In this document: piece after piece, positions 1-7,837 of the stretch
How positions within the stretch are numbered: the first letter of the stretch is position 1
How the letters are laid out: each line of letters starts with the position of its first letter
Source of the DNA: an uncultured Actinomycetes bacterium
GTDB lineage: Bacteria; Actinomycetota; Thermoleophilia; Gaiellales; Gaiellaceae
Direction: 5' to 3'
Length of the DNA stretch: 64,000 nt
Assembly (NCBI GenBank): GCA_963748755.1
Contig: CAVVKA010000001.1
Location: 121,995 to 185,994, forward strand
Program-made: the position numbers and the translations under genes
The notes under the pieces: model-generated
Told to the model about the DNA's origin: nothing
What the model saw: the letters and a program-made list of their open reading frames with translations, nothing else
Databases searched by the model: none

Positions 1-266
1 CGAGCCTCGGCAGGCTGGGCCTGCTCATCCACTCGACCGCGGGCTTCATCGACCCAGGCTGGGACGGGCACGTGACGCTCGAGCTCTCGAACGTCGCCAA
101 CCTCCCGATCACGATCTACCCGGGCATGAAGATCGGGCAGATCTCCTTCATGCAGCTGACGGAGCCCGCCGCGACGCCGTACGGGGCCGAGTCGATCGGC
201 TCGAAGTACAAGAACCAGCGCGGGCCGACGGCAAGCCGCTACTGGCAGAACTTCGAGGGCTCGTGA
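1..266 (+). CDS. dcd: dCTP deaminase, C-terminal part (5' end outside window)
   Basis: Frame from nt 3 reads [39 protein letters not shown], the conserved dCTP deaminase C-terminus. The stop overlaps the next GTG (GTGA at 263-266). Confidence 0.85.
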   Translation, partial: SLGRLGLLIHSTAGFIDPGWDGHVTLELSNVANLPITIYPGMKIGQISFMQLTEPAATPYGAESIGSKYKNQRGPTASRYWQNFEGS

Positions 267-1150
267 CCGTCCTCGTCACCGGCGCCACCGGCTTCAACGG
301 CCCGCACGTCGTGCACGCCCTGCGCTCGCGGGAGATCCCGGTGCGGGCACTGGTGCGCGATCCGGCCCGCGCCACGCGCCTCGCCGCGTGGGGCGTCGAG
401 CTGGCCGTTGGGGACGTGACCGATCCGGCCTCCGTGCGCGCCGCCTGCGAGGGAGTGGACGCGGTCGTCCATCTCGTCGCGATCATCCGTGGCCGGCCGG
501 CCGACTTCGAGCGCGTGATGGCGCAGGGGACGCGAAACACGGTCGCGGCGGCGCGGGAAGCCGGCGTGCGGCGCTTCGTGCTCGCGAGCGCGCTCGGCCT
601 CGACGAGCGGTCGAAGGACGCCGTGCCGTACTTCGCCGCGAAGTGGGAGATGGAGCGTGCGGTCCGCGACTCGGGGCTCGAGCACGTGATCTTCCGGCCG
701 AGCTTCGTCTTCGGCCGCGACGGCGGCGTCCTGCCGACGTTCGTCCGGCTGGCGCGTTACACGCCGGTGACACCGATCATCGGGTCGGGCAGGCAACGGC
801 TGCAGCCGATCTGGGTCGAAGACCTGGCGGAGTACTACGCCCGTGCAATCACCGAGCCGGCGGCGGCGAACCGGACGTTCGAGCTCGGTGGCCCGGACGC
901 CGTCAGCTGGAACGAGTTCTGGGAGCGCCTGAAGCGCGTGCTCGGCGTGCGGCGCCCGTCGGTGCATGTTCCTTTCGGTGCGATGCGCGTCCAGGCGATG
1001 CTGACCGAACGGCTGCCCGGCGCGCCGGTGACGCGCGACCAGCTCACGATGCTGGAGCTCGGCGACAACGTCGTCACCGACCCGAGCGCGGTCGAGACCT
1101 TCAAGCTGCCGCTCGTGCCGCTCGACGACCAGCTGCGCCGCGCCACGTGA
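263..1150 (+). CDS. NAD(P)-binding NmrA-like / atypical SDR family protein
   Basis: N-terminal Rossmann loop [15 protein letters not shown]. Length 295 aa. Coupled to dcd by a GTGA overlap. Confidence 0.8.
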   Translation: MTVLVTGATGFNGPHVVHALRSREIPVRALVRDPARATRLAAWGVELAVGDVTDPASVRAACEGVDAVVHLVAIIRGRPADFERVMAQGTRNTVAAAREAGVRRFVLASALGLDERSKDAVPYFAAKWEMERAVRDSGLEHVIFRPSFVFGRDGGVLPTFVRLARYTPVTPIIGSGRQRLQPIWVEDLAEYYARAITEPAAANRTFELGGPDAVSWNEFWERLKRVLGVRRPSVHVPFGAMRVQAMLTERLPGAPVTRDQLTMLELGDNVVTDPSAVETFKLPLVPLDDQLRRAT

Positions 1151-1187
1151 CACTTTCGAGACCGGTAACAGTTACCGTGACGGAAGC

Positions 1188-2276
1188 GTGACGCGCGGCG
1201 TCGTCTACGCCGAGCCCGACGCGCCGCCCGCCGTCGAGGAGCTCACCGTCGAGCCGCCCGGCCCGCGCGAGGTGCGCGTCCACGTGCTCGCCTGCGGGCT
1301 CTGCCACTCCGATCTCCACATCGTCGAGACGAAGGGCTGGGGCTCGCGGTTCCCGATCCTGCTCGGCCACGAGGGCGCGGGGGTCGTCGAGGAGGTCGGA
1401 AGCGAAGTGACGTCGGTCGCTCCGGGCGACCGCGTGGTCATCGCGTGGCGGGCGCCGTGCAGCGAGTGCCCGCAGTGCCGGCGTGGAGACCCTCGCCGCT
1501 GTTCGTCGCAGCTCCGGGCGAAGCGTCGGATGCGCCGAGCCGTCGACGGCGCGCTGCTGACGCCGGTGCTGCGGTGCGGCACGTTCGCCGATCAGGCCGT
1601 CGTGCACGAGGCGTGTGCGGTGAAAGTGCCCGAGGAGCTGCCCGTCGAGCAGGCCTCGTTGCTCGCATGCGGGTTCTCGACGGGTGCGGGCGCCGCCCTC
1701 TGGGCGACCCCGGTGCGGGAGGGCTCCTCCGTCGCGGTGATCGGCTGCGGCGGCGTCGGGCTCGCCGTCGTGCAGGGCGCGCTTCTGCGTGGGGCCGGAC
1801 AGATCGTCGCCGTCGACATCGCGCCCGAGAAGCTCGAGCACGCGCGCGCACTCGGAGCGACCGATGTAGTGGACGCGACCGCCGTCGATCCCGTCGAGGC
1901 CGTACGCGAGCTGACCGGCGGCCGCAAGGCCGACTTCGCCTTCGCCGCGGCCGGCGGGGCGAAGGGCCTCGCGCAGGCGATTCGCATGTGTGCCTACGCG
2001 GGGACGGCCACGTTCGTGGGCCTTGCGCTGCCCGACTCCAGGCTCGACGTCGACCTCGACACCGAGGTCTTCGGGCCGAAGGTCACGATCGCCGTCACAC
2101 ACGGCGGCGACACGATTCCGCAGGAAGACTTCCCCTTCCTCGCGAAGGCGGCGCTCGACGGGCGGCTCGACCTCGCGCGCTTCGTGACCAGCACGATCTC
2201 GCTCGACGAGGTGCCCGAGCGACTCCCGCGCATCGGCGAGGGCGGCGAGATCCGGACGGTGGCGCTACTCGGCTAG
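1188..2276 (+). CDS. Zn-dependent alcohol dehydrogenase (MDR family, class III / thiol-dependent formaldehyde dehydrogenase-like)
   Basis: GLCHSDLH catalytic Zn motif, CxxCxxC structural Zn site (CSECPQCRRGDPRRC) and GCGGVGLA NAD loop. Confidence 0.85.
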   Translation: MTRGVVYAEPDAPPAVEELTVEPPGPREVRVHVLACGLCHSDLHIVETKGWGSRFPILLGHEGAGVVEEVGSEVTSVAPGDRVVIAWRAPCSECPQCRRGDPRRCSSQLRAKRRMRRAVDGALLTPVLRCGTFADQAVVHEACAVKVPEELPVEQASLLACGFSTGAGAALWATPVREGSSVAVIGCGGVGLAVVQGALLRGAGQIVAVDIAPEKLEHARALGATDVVDATAVDPVEAVRELTGGRKADFAFAAAGGAKGLAQAIRMCAYAGTATFVGLALPDSRLDVDLDTEVFGPKVTIAVTHGGDTIPQEDFPFLAKAALDGRLDLARFVTSTISLDEVPERLPRIGEGGEIRTVALLG

Positions 2277-2659
2277 CCGAGGCCCTGACGGCGGGGCAGA
2301 TCGACCTCGGGATTCACGAGGTGCCCGTCCCGCTCGACATAGCCACCGCTGCCGCCGACGACGAAGACGATCGCGTCCTCGTCTCCCGCGTTCGAGATGC
2401 GCCGCGGCGTCGTGGCGCTCGCATGGAAGAGGCCGCCCTCGCCAAGTTCGTGCGACTCCCCGTCCACATCGACGCGGATCCGTCCCTTGTGGACGAAGTA
2501 CAGCTCGTCCTGGGTGTCGTGGTAGTGCTCGGGCCCCTCGTACCGAGGCGGATAGACGATCGCGTTGACGCCGAATGCTTCCACGCCGAGGGCCTTCCGG
2601 ACCTTGCGGAAGCCGTAGCCGTCGCCGAGCTCGTCGAGCGAGGAGAACGCGTGGGTCAT
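2273..2659 (-). CDS. cupin domain protein
   Basis: Cupin motif PEHYHDTQDELYFVHKGR...GGLFHA. ATG at 2659 gives 128 aa and an ATGA overlap with the MarR stop. The longer 270-aa ORF upstream is Arg/Ala-rich shadow. Confidence 0.75.
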   Translation of the reverse strand: MTHAFSSLDELGDGYGFRKVRKALGVEAFGVNAIVYPPRYEGPEHYHDTQDELYFVHKGRIRVDVDGESHELGEGGLFHASATTPRRISNAGDEDAIVFVVGGSGGYVERDGHLVNPEVDLPRRQGLG

Positions 2660-3147
2660 CCGGAGCACGCTTCCGCGGTGTGCGCAAGCGGCAGGCGGCC
2701 CAGCAGCTCGGCGAGCTGCTCGCGCTCCTGCGGGGAGAACTGCGAGCCGAACAGCTCCTCGATGTCGGCCAGGTGCGACTCCCGTGCCTCTTCGATCTTC
2801 TTCACACCGGCCGTCGTGAGCACCGCGTAGATCACACGCGCATCGGATTCGCAGCGCTCCTTCGCAACGAGCCCGCACGACTCGAGCCCGTCGAGGAGGC
2901 GCGTGATCCCCGAAGCCGTCAGGAGGACCGAGCGAGAGAGATCGATCCGGCGCATCCGCCGTCCTTCCGCGTAGTAGAGCTGTATGAGCACGTCGAAGTC
3001 GGTCAGCGTGAGCTCGTGGAGCGCTTCGAGGCGCGATGAGAGCTCCCGCGTGAGCGCCGCGTGAGCGCGCAGGAACCGCACCCACGCGCCGTCAGGGAGA
3101 CGCGACTCGGCGGCAACTTCTTGTGTGATCAATACTTGACTAGACAA
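2656..3147 (-). CDS. MarR family transcriptional regulator
   Basis: Winged-helix core LTLTDFDVLIQL...RIDLSRSVLLTASGITRLLDGLESCGLV. The start is TTG, so the exact start is uncertain. Confidence 0.8.
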   Translation of the reverse strand: MSSQVLITQEVAAESRLPDGAWVRFLRAHAALTRELSSRLEALHELTLTDFDVLIQLYYAEGRRMRRIDLSRSVLLTASGITRLLDGLESCGLVAKERCESDARVIYAVLTTAGVKKIEEARESHLADIEELFGSQFSPQEREQLAELLGRLPLAHTAEACSG

Positions 3148-3182
3148 TCTTTCCTCGCTATGATCCTTGCGACATCAAGTAT
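3132..3182 (+). promoter_or_regulatory. putative sigma-70-type promoter for the YceI/FMN-reductase unit, flanked by an 8-bp inverted repeat (possible MarR operator)
   Basis: TTGACT (3136-3141), 17-nt spacer, TATGAT (3159-3164). ATACTTGA (3132-3139) and TCAAGTAT (3175-3182) form a perfect inverted repeat. AAGGAG RBS at 3185-3190. Confidence 0.35.
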
Positions 3183-3199
3183 ATAAGGAGCGAGCATCC

Positions 3200-3715
3200 A
3201 TGTCCACCATCACCACCCCCAAGTCTGCACCGGCCGGCACCTGGAGCGCCGACCCGGTTCACTCCCACGTCTCGTTCGAAGTCGCATACGCCGGGACGAA
3301 CACGTTCCGTGGCGGCTTCCACGAGTACACGGCCACGCTGAAGGACGGCGTCGTCGAAGGCTCTGCCAAGGTCGCGAGCGTCGACGTCAAGGACGAGCAG
3401 CTCAACGGCCATCTCCTCACCCCGGACTTCTTCGACGCCGAGCGATTCCCGGAGATCTCCTTCCGGACGAGCGACCTCGAGCACGGCGAGCTGACGATCA
3501 AGGGCGTCACCCGCCCGGTCGCGATCTCGGCCTCCGTCTCGGAGCCGAACGTCGACCCCTTCGGCCGCGAGCGCGTCGGCATCGCGCTCGAGGCGACCGT
3601 CGACCGCAACGAGTTCGACATCAGCTGGAACGCTCCCAACCAGGGCGGCGGCAACTACCTCGGTGACGACGTCACCATCAAGGCCGACCTCGCTCTCGTC
3701 AAGCAGGAGAGCTGA
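3200..3715 (+). CDS. YceI family polyisoprenoid-binding protein
   Basis: WSADPVHSHVSFEV...FRGGF...ITIKGVTRPV...DRNEFDISWN is the YceI pattern. ATG at 3200 is preceded by AAGGAG. Confidence 0.85.
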   Translation: MSTITTPKSAPAGTWSADPVHSHVSFEVAYAGTNTFRGGFHEYTATLKDGVVEGSAKVASVDVKDEQLNGHLLTPDFFDAERFPEISFRTSDLEHGELTIKGVTRPVAISASVSEPNVDPFGRERVGIALEATVDRNEFDISWNAPNQGGGNYLGDDVTIKADLALVKQES

Positions 3716-3718
3716 CCG

Positions 3719-4276
3719 ATGCGGATCCTCGCCGTCTCCGGCAGCCTGCGGGAGGGCTCGTTCAACACGAGCCTCCTGCGGGCGGCGCTCGAGGCCGCGC
3801 CCGAGGGCGTCGAGCTCGAGCTCTGGGAGGGCATTGCCGAGCTGCCGCTCTACGACGAGGATCTGGAGCACGACGTGCCCGAGTCGGCGCGCCGCCTGCG
3901 CGAGGCTTGGGCTGCGGCGGACGCGATCCTCTTCGCGACGCCCGAGTACAACGGCTCGGTCCCGGGCGGGCTCAAGAACGCGATCGACTGGGCGTCACGG
4001 CCGAGGCTCGAGGCCGTGCTCCGCAACAAGCCGGTCGCCGTCGTCGGCGCCAGCACCGGCCAGTTCGGTGCGCTCTGGGCTCAGCAGGATCTGAAGCGGA
4101 TCCTCGGCATCGCCGGCGCCCGCGTCGTCGGGACGGAGATCCCGGTCGGCCGTGCCCACGAGCGCTTCGACAGCGAAGGCCGGCTCCTCGACGGAGAGGT
4201 CTTCGAACAGCTCCGGCTGCACCTGACCACTCTCGCGTCGGAGGCCGTCGCGGCTCCCGACCGAGTCGCTGCCTGA
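3719..4276 (+). CDS. NADPH-dependent FMN reductase family protein
   Basis: MRILAVSGSLREGSFNTSLL...ATPEYNGSVPGGLKNAIDWASR is the typical NADPH-FMN reductase signature. Confidence 0.85.
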   Translation: MRILAVSGSLREGSFNTSLLRAALEAAPEGVELELWEGIAELPLYDEDLEHDVPESARRLREAWAAADAILFATPEYNGSVPGGLKNAIDWASRPRLEAVLRNKPVAVVGASTGQFGALWAQQDLKRILGIAGARVVGTEIPVGRAHERFDSEGRLLDGEVFEQLRLHLTTLASEAVAAPDRVAA

Positions 4277-4277
4277 G

Positions 4278-4311
4278 CAAAAAGAAGGGGCCGCCAAGAG
4301 CGGCCCCTTCT
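4278..4311 (-). terminator. Rho-independent terminator oriented for minus-strand transcripts
   Basis: Perfect 11-bp stem (4283-4293 / 4301-4311) with a 7-nt loop. On the minus strand the stem is followed by TTTTT (4278-4282). Confidence 0.5.
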
Positions 4312-4531
4312 GCAGTAACCAGCGCGTAGTGGCAGAGGCGCCTTCCTGCTCCGATCTCGGTAGTTAGACCGGAGCGGCGCGGAACGCGACGTCCCCCACG
4401 CTGGCTAGGCGGTTCCCCGTAGGTCCGGGGACGGCACCCCTACCCGCTGGTACCTCCACTGCCCGTACTGTCTGAAATCACTGCCGGACCACCTCCTTTC
4501 CGCGGTACCCGCACGATAGCGGAGGGAGCCG

Positions 4532-5119
4532 CTAGCGCAAGACGACCGTCAGCTCGAGGCCGCGGTCGAGCGGCACGGTGACGCTCAGGAGGGACGGGTC
4601 GGCCTGCCGCGCGGCGGAGTAGCCGGCGAGCGGGTCGGGATGCGAGAGGACGTTGTCCGCCACCACGACGGCACCCGGCTCGAGCTTCTCGCGCGCGAGC
4701 CGGAAGAGCTCTTCGTAATCGTCCTTTTCGGCGTCGAGGAAAACGACGTCGAACACGTCGTCGATCCGAGGCAGCTGCTCGAACGCGTCGCCCTCGCGCA
4801 GCTCGGCCCACTCGGTGAGCCCCGCCTCATCGATGTTGTGGCGCCACGCCTCGATCTTCGCCGGGTCGTGCTCGAGCGACAGGACGCGCCCACCGAGATG
4901 CCGGACGCCGGCGGCGAGCCAGATCGTCGAATAGCCTCGCGAGCCGCCGAGCTCGAGCACCTCGCAGTCGGTCTGCGGCGCGACGAGCGAGAAGAGGAAG
5001 CGACCGGTCGTCGGCTCGACCTGACGCGCGCGCTGCTCGGGAGGGAGGCCGCGTTTGCGCTCGGAGGCGTCCTCGCGTTCGAGACGGTCGAGCACGGCGC
5101 GGACGCGATCGTCGAGCAT
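4532..5119 (-). CDS. class I SAM-dependent O-methyltransferase (family 3, caffeoyl-CoA OMT-like)
   Basis: VLELGGSRGYSTIWLA SAM motif I, then FDVVFLDAEKDDY. Confidence 0.85.
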   Translation of the reverse strand: MLDDRVRAVLDRLEREDASERKRGLPPEQRARQVEPTTGRFLFSLVAPQTDCEVLELGGSRGYSTIWLAAGVRHLGGRVLSLEHDPAKIEAWRHNIDEAGLTEWAELREGDAFEQLPRIDDVFDVVFLDAEKDDYEELFRLAREKLEPGAVVVADNVLSHPDPLAGYSAARQADPSLLSVTVPLDRGLELTVVLR

Positions 5120-5134
5120 CGGCCGGAAACTATC

Positions 5135-5542
5135 GTGGACCTCGCGCGCGCCGAGCTGACGATCGAGATCGCACGGACGCCGGAGGACATCTTCTCCTAC
5201 CTCACCGACGTCGCGAACCTGCCGGCCTGGCAGGCCGGAGTGAAGAGCGCGGCGCTACGTGACGGCCGGATCGAGGAGTCGCGCTCGCTGCTCGGACGCG
5301 AGCTTCACACGACGCTGGAAGTCGTGGAGCAGGACGAGCCGCGCCTCTTCACGCTGCGTACGCTCGACGGCCCGGTGCCGTTCACGGTCCGGCACGAGCT
5401 CGAGCCGGCAGACGCCGGAACGCGGCTGACCGTGACCGCGGAGGGCGACGTGCCCGGCTTCGCGGCGGGCCTGCTCGCGCGACGCGCGCAGAAGCAGTTC
5501 CGCAAGGACTTCGAGCGGCTGAAGCAGATCCTCGAGCGCTAG
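5135..5542 (+). CDS. SRPBCC (START/polyketide cyclase-like) family protein
   Basis: GTG start. IARTPEDIFSYLTDVANLPAWQ...FTVRHELEPADAGTRLTV is the typical SRPBCC pattern. The upstream part of the 300-aa ORF is antisense shadow of the OMT. Confidence 0.7.
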   Translation: MDLARAELTIEIARTPEDIFSYLTDVANLPAWQAGVKSAALRDGRIEESRSLLGRELHTTLEVVEQDEPRLFTLRTLDGPVPFTVRHELEPADAGTRLTVTAEGDVPGFAAGLLARRAQKQFRKDFERLKQILER

Positions 5543-6072
5543 ACCTGCGCCCGCTCCCGCTCGACGTCTTCGCGCACCCAGCAGTCCGGGCGGTGGCCGT
5601 TGACGATCCCGCACGCCTCCATGGACGAGTAGACCGTCGTCGGGCCGACGAAGCGGAAGCCGGCGGACTTCAACCGGCCGGACAGCTCCTTCCCATCCGC
5701 CGCGTCGCGGTGCTGCCACACGAGCTCGTCGAGCGGCGTGGCCGACTCGCGCAGCGCGAGCGTCGCCTGGGCGTTGGCGACGGCCGCCTCGATCTTGCCG
5801 CGATGGCGGACGATCCGCGCGTCGCCGAGCAATCGCTCGACATCACGGACGCCGAAGCGGGCAACCTGCTCGGGATCGAAGTCGGCAAAGACCTCCCGAA
5901 ACGCCTCCCGCTTACGGAGGATCGTGATCCAGGAGAGCCCCGACTGGAAGCCCTCGAGGCAGAGCCGCTCGTAGAGGCCGCGCTCGTCGCGCACCGGCCG
6001 TCCCCACTCGTCATCGTGGTACGCGATGTACGCGGGATCGCTCGTCGGCCAGCAGCGGATGGGCTCGGTCAT
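5539..6072 (-). CDS. tag: DNA-3-methyladenine glycosylase I
   Basis: YHDDEWGRPVRDERGLYERLCLEGFQSGLSWITILRKREAFREVF is the Tag signature. Confidence 0.9.
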   Translation of the reverse strand: MTEPIRCWPTSDPAYIAYHDDEWGRPVRDERGLYERLCLEGFQSGLSWITILRKREAFREVFADFDPEQVARFGVRDVERLLGDARIVRHRGKIEAAVANAQATLALRESATPLDELVWQHRDAADGKELSGRLKSAGFRFVGPTTVYSSMEACGIVNGHRPDCWVREDVERERAQV

Positions 6073-6130
6073 CGTGGAGGAGAGAAGCGCGCGGGACCGG
6101 ACATATCATCCCGCCCCGCGCGCGGGCCCA

Positions 6131-6817
6131 TCAGTTCAGTGAGTCCAGCTTGACCGCCGTGATTGCAGCAGCGATCGTAGACTCGTTCTGGGTAACCGTG
6201 CCAGGTTCCGAAATGCAATTCACGCCCAGGACGTCGGTCCCGGCGACCGTGACGACACCCGTGAAGGACGTCGTTTTGGAGTCCTCTATCGGAGTAGCCG
6301 AATCTGCGTTGTTGATCGGAGCGCTGCTGTTGTCGAGTGCAGAAGTGTTGTCGTCGAGCTGACACAACGCGGTATCGCTGCCGCTAACGCTGCGCGCGGT
6401 GGCCCATACCAAGTAGGTGCCGGCGGGAAGGCTGCTCAGTCCCACGACACGCTGTTTGAACCCGTCGTTGACCGTGAGGGTGTTTGTGTCGTAGTACGCG
6501 TGGCTGAGGCCGTCGGCTCCCGCCGGTCCTTGCGGGCCGATGTCTCCCTTTGGCCCCTGCGGGCCTTGCTGCCCCTGCTGACCGGTCTGGTTCCAGGTGA
6601 CCTGCGTCTCATACGTGGTGCTGCAGTGGCTCATCGGGTTCGAGGACGGCAAGGACGTGTCGATCAGCCGGAGCGTCCCGACGTGCTTGAGCATGCAGGC
6701 GGTATAGACGCCACCGCTGCCGGGGATCGCCGCGTACGCGATCCCGCTCCCGAGCGCCAACACCGCGATTGCTACGACAGTGAGCTGCAGGGGTCGCCGT
6801 CTGAGGTACCGCTTCAT
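6131..6817 (-). CDS. secreted/anchored collagen-like (Gly-X-Y) repeat protein
   Basis: N-terminal signal/anchor LTVVAIAVLALGSGIAYA, a Cys-containing module (IPGSGGVYTAC...LRLID), 8 Gly-X-Y triplets GQQGQQGPQGPKGDIGPQGPAGADG, and a beta-rich C-terminal domain. Confidence 0.7.
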   Translation of the reverse strand: MKRYLRRRPLQLTVVAIAVLALGSGIAYAAIPGSGGVYTACMLKHVGTLRLIDTSLPSSNPMSHCSTTYETQVTWNQTGQQGQQGPQGPKGDIGPQGPAGADGLSHAYYDTNTLTVNDGFKQRVVGLSSLPAGTYLVWATARSVSGSDTALCQLDDNTSALDNSSAPINNADSATPIEDSKTTSFTGVVTVAGTDVLGVNCISEPGTVTQNESTIAAAITAVKLDSLN

Positions 6818-6833
6818 TGTTGCTCCCCTCTGA

Positions 6834-7478
6834 TCACGCGGCGGCGCAAATTGCGTACACCACGACCTTGACGTCCCCGTTGGTGAAGACGTCCGTGTTG
6901 TTGTTGGTGAACGTGACGGCCCACTCGACCGACTCGACCGGGAGGGACGCCGTCACGACGACGTTGGTTGGATCTCCAGGGCTATCCGAGCGGATCCAGT
7001 AGCCCCCTCCAAACACAACCTCACCGGAGCTGCAGACAGCGTCGACCTCATGGAATTCGAAGCCGTCGTCCGCGGGCTCGATATTCCCGGACTGCTCCAC
7101 GACTTCATACCCCGAGACGCCGTTCTTGCCGTCCTTGCCCTGCGGGCCTTGTGGGCCTTGCGGGCCCTGGGGGCCTTGCGGGCCCTGCGGGCCCTGCGGG
7201 CCCTGCAGGCCCTGTACGCCTTGCGGGCCTTTCTGGTTGAGATCGAGCCCGGCCTCGTCGTGCTTGCAGGCCTTGCTGTCCTGGTTTCCGCTCCCGTCGG
7301 GGTCGATCAGGCGCAACTGACTGCCGTTGTCGACCCGACCTTGCCCGTTGACGTGGTAGCAGAGGTGCACGACTCCGTTCGAGTCGGGGATGGATGCGTA
7401 GGCGACCGCCGCCCCGACCATCAGGACGACGATGGTCGCGGCAGCCACCAGGCCGCGCCGCCGAATCGTGAGCTTCAT
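6834..7478 (-). CDS. secreted/anchored collagen-like (Gly-X-Y) repeat protein, paralog of 6131-6817
   Basis: Same layout as 6131-6817: anchor, [11 protein letters not shown]...LRLID module, 12 Gly-X-Y triplets (GPQGVQGLQ(GPQ)7GKDGKNG), and a C-terminal domain. Confidence 0.75.
   Translation of the reverse strand: MKLTIRRRGLVAAATIVVLMVGAAVAYASIPDSNGVVHLCYHVNGQGRVDNGSQLRLIDPDGSGNQDSKACKHDEAGLDLNQKGPQGVQGLQGPQGPQGPQGPQGPQGPQGPQGKDGKNGVSGYEVVEQSGNIEPADDGFEFHEVDAVCSSGEVVFGGGYWIRSDSPGDPTNVVVTASLPVESVEWAVTFTNNNTDVFTNGDVKVVVYAICAAA
7120..7233 (-). repeat. in-frame 9-nt (Gly-Pro-Gln) coding repeat
   Basis: Reiterated ctgcgggcc/ttgcgggcc units on the plus strand, encoding (GPQ)n of the collagen-like protein. 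Confidence 0.9.
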
Positions 7479-7777
7479 CTAAGGCCTCCTTGCTGTTCGA
7501 CCGGAGAGGAGGCGGAGCCTCCCTTGGTAACGACCTCGGTCACACGCTCGGCCGGGAGCGCGGCACGCCGGGCCGCCTCCCGCACGACGTCCGCGGAACC
7601 CGCCTCGTACAGGTAGAAGCAGGTTTCCTCGTCGGGAGCGAAGATCGACCGCAGATAGGCGACACGCGTCCCTTCCCTGGTCATCTGCTCCGCGGCCGCG
7701 TGCGCACGGTGAGCGCCGTCCTCGACCGCGGCGATATCGCTACGGGAGACGTACTGCTCGACGAGAAACTCCGCCAT
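7475..7777 (-). CDS. DUF4242-like small protein (ferredoxin-like fold family)
   Basis: MAEFLVEQY...REGTRVAYLRSIFAPDEETCFYLYEA matches my recollection of DUF4242. A 4-nt overlap with the downstream collagen-like gene suggests co-translation. Confidence 0.65.
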   Translation of the reverse strand: MAEFLVEQYVSRSDIAAVEDGAHRAHAAAEQMTREGTRVAYLRSIFAPDEETCFYLYEAGSADVVREAARRAALPAERVTEVVTKGGSASSPVEQQGGLR

Positions 7778-7837
7778 GGCCCCGACGCTAGGGCGACTCG
7801 CCCTCCCGCGAAATACCTGAAACCTGGAAGGTTTCGC

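Noticed and set aside
4312-4531. SRP RNA, RNase P RNA, tmRNA, cobalamin or c-di-AMP (ydaO) riboswitch in the convergent spacer
   Set aside because: The SRP helix-8 GGAAGCAGC core, the RNase P GAGGAAAGUCCGGGC, the tmRNA tRNA-like end and the B12 box are all absent. The ACGGGGA and CUAAC similarities to ydaO are partial, and there is no downstream gene on that strand.
7120-7233. Short tandem repeats (9-nt GPQ units here and the CCN tract at 11297-11389) as a possible CRISPR or noncoding satellite
   Set aside because: The units are 3n long, in frame and without spacers. They encode Gly-X-Y and poly-Pro, so they are not CRISPR.
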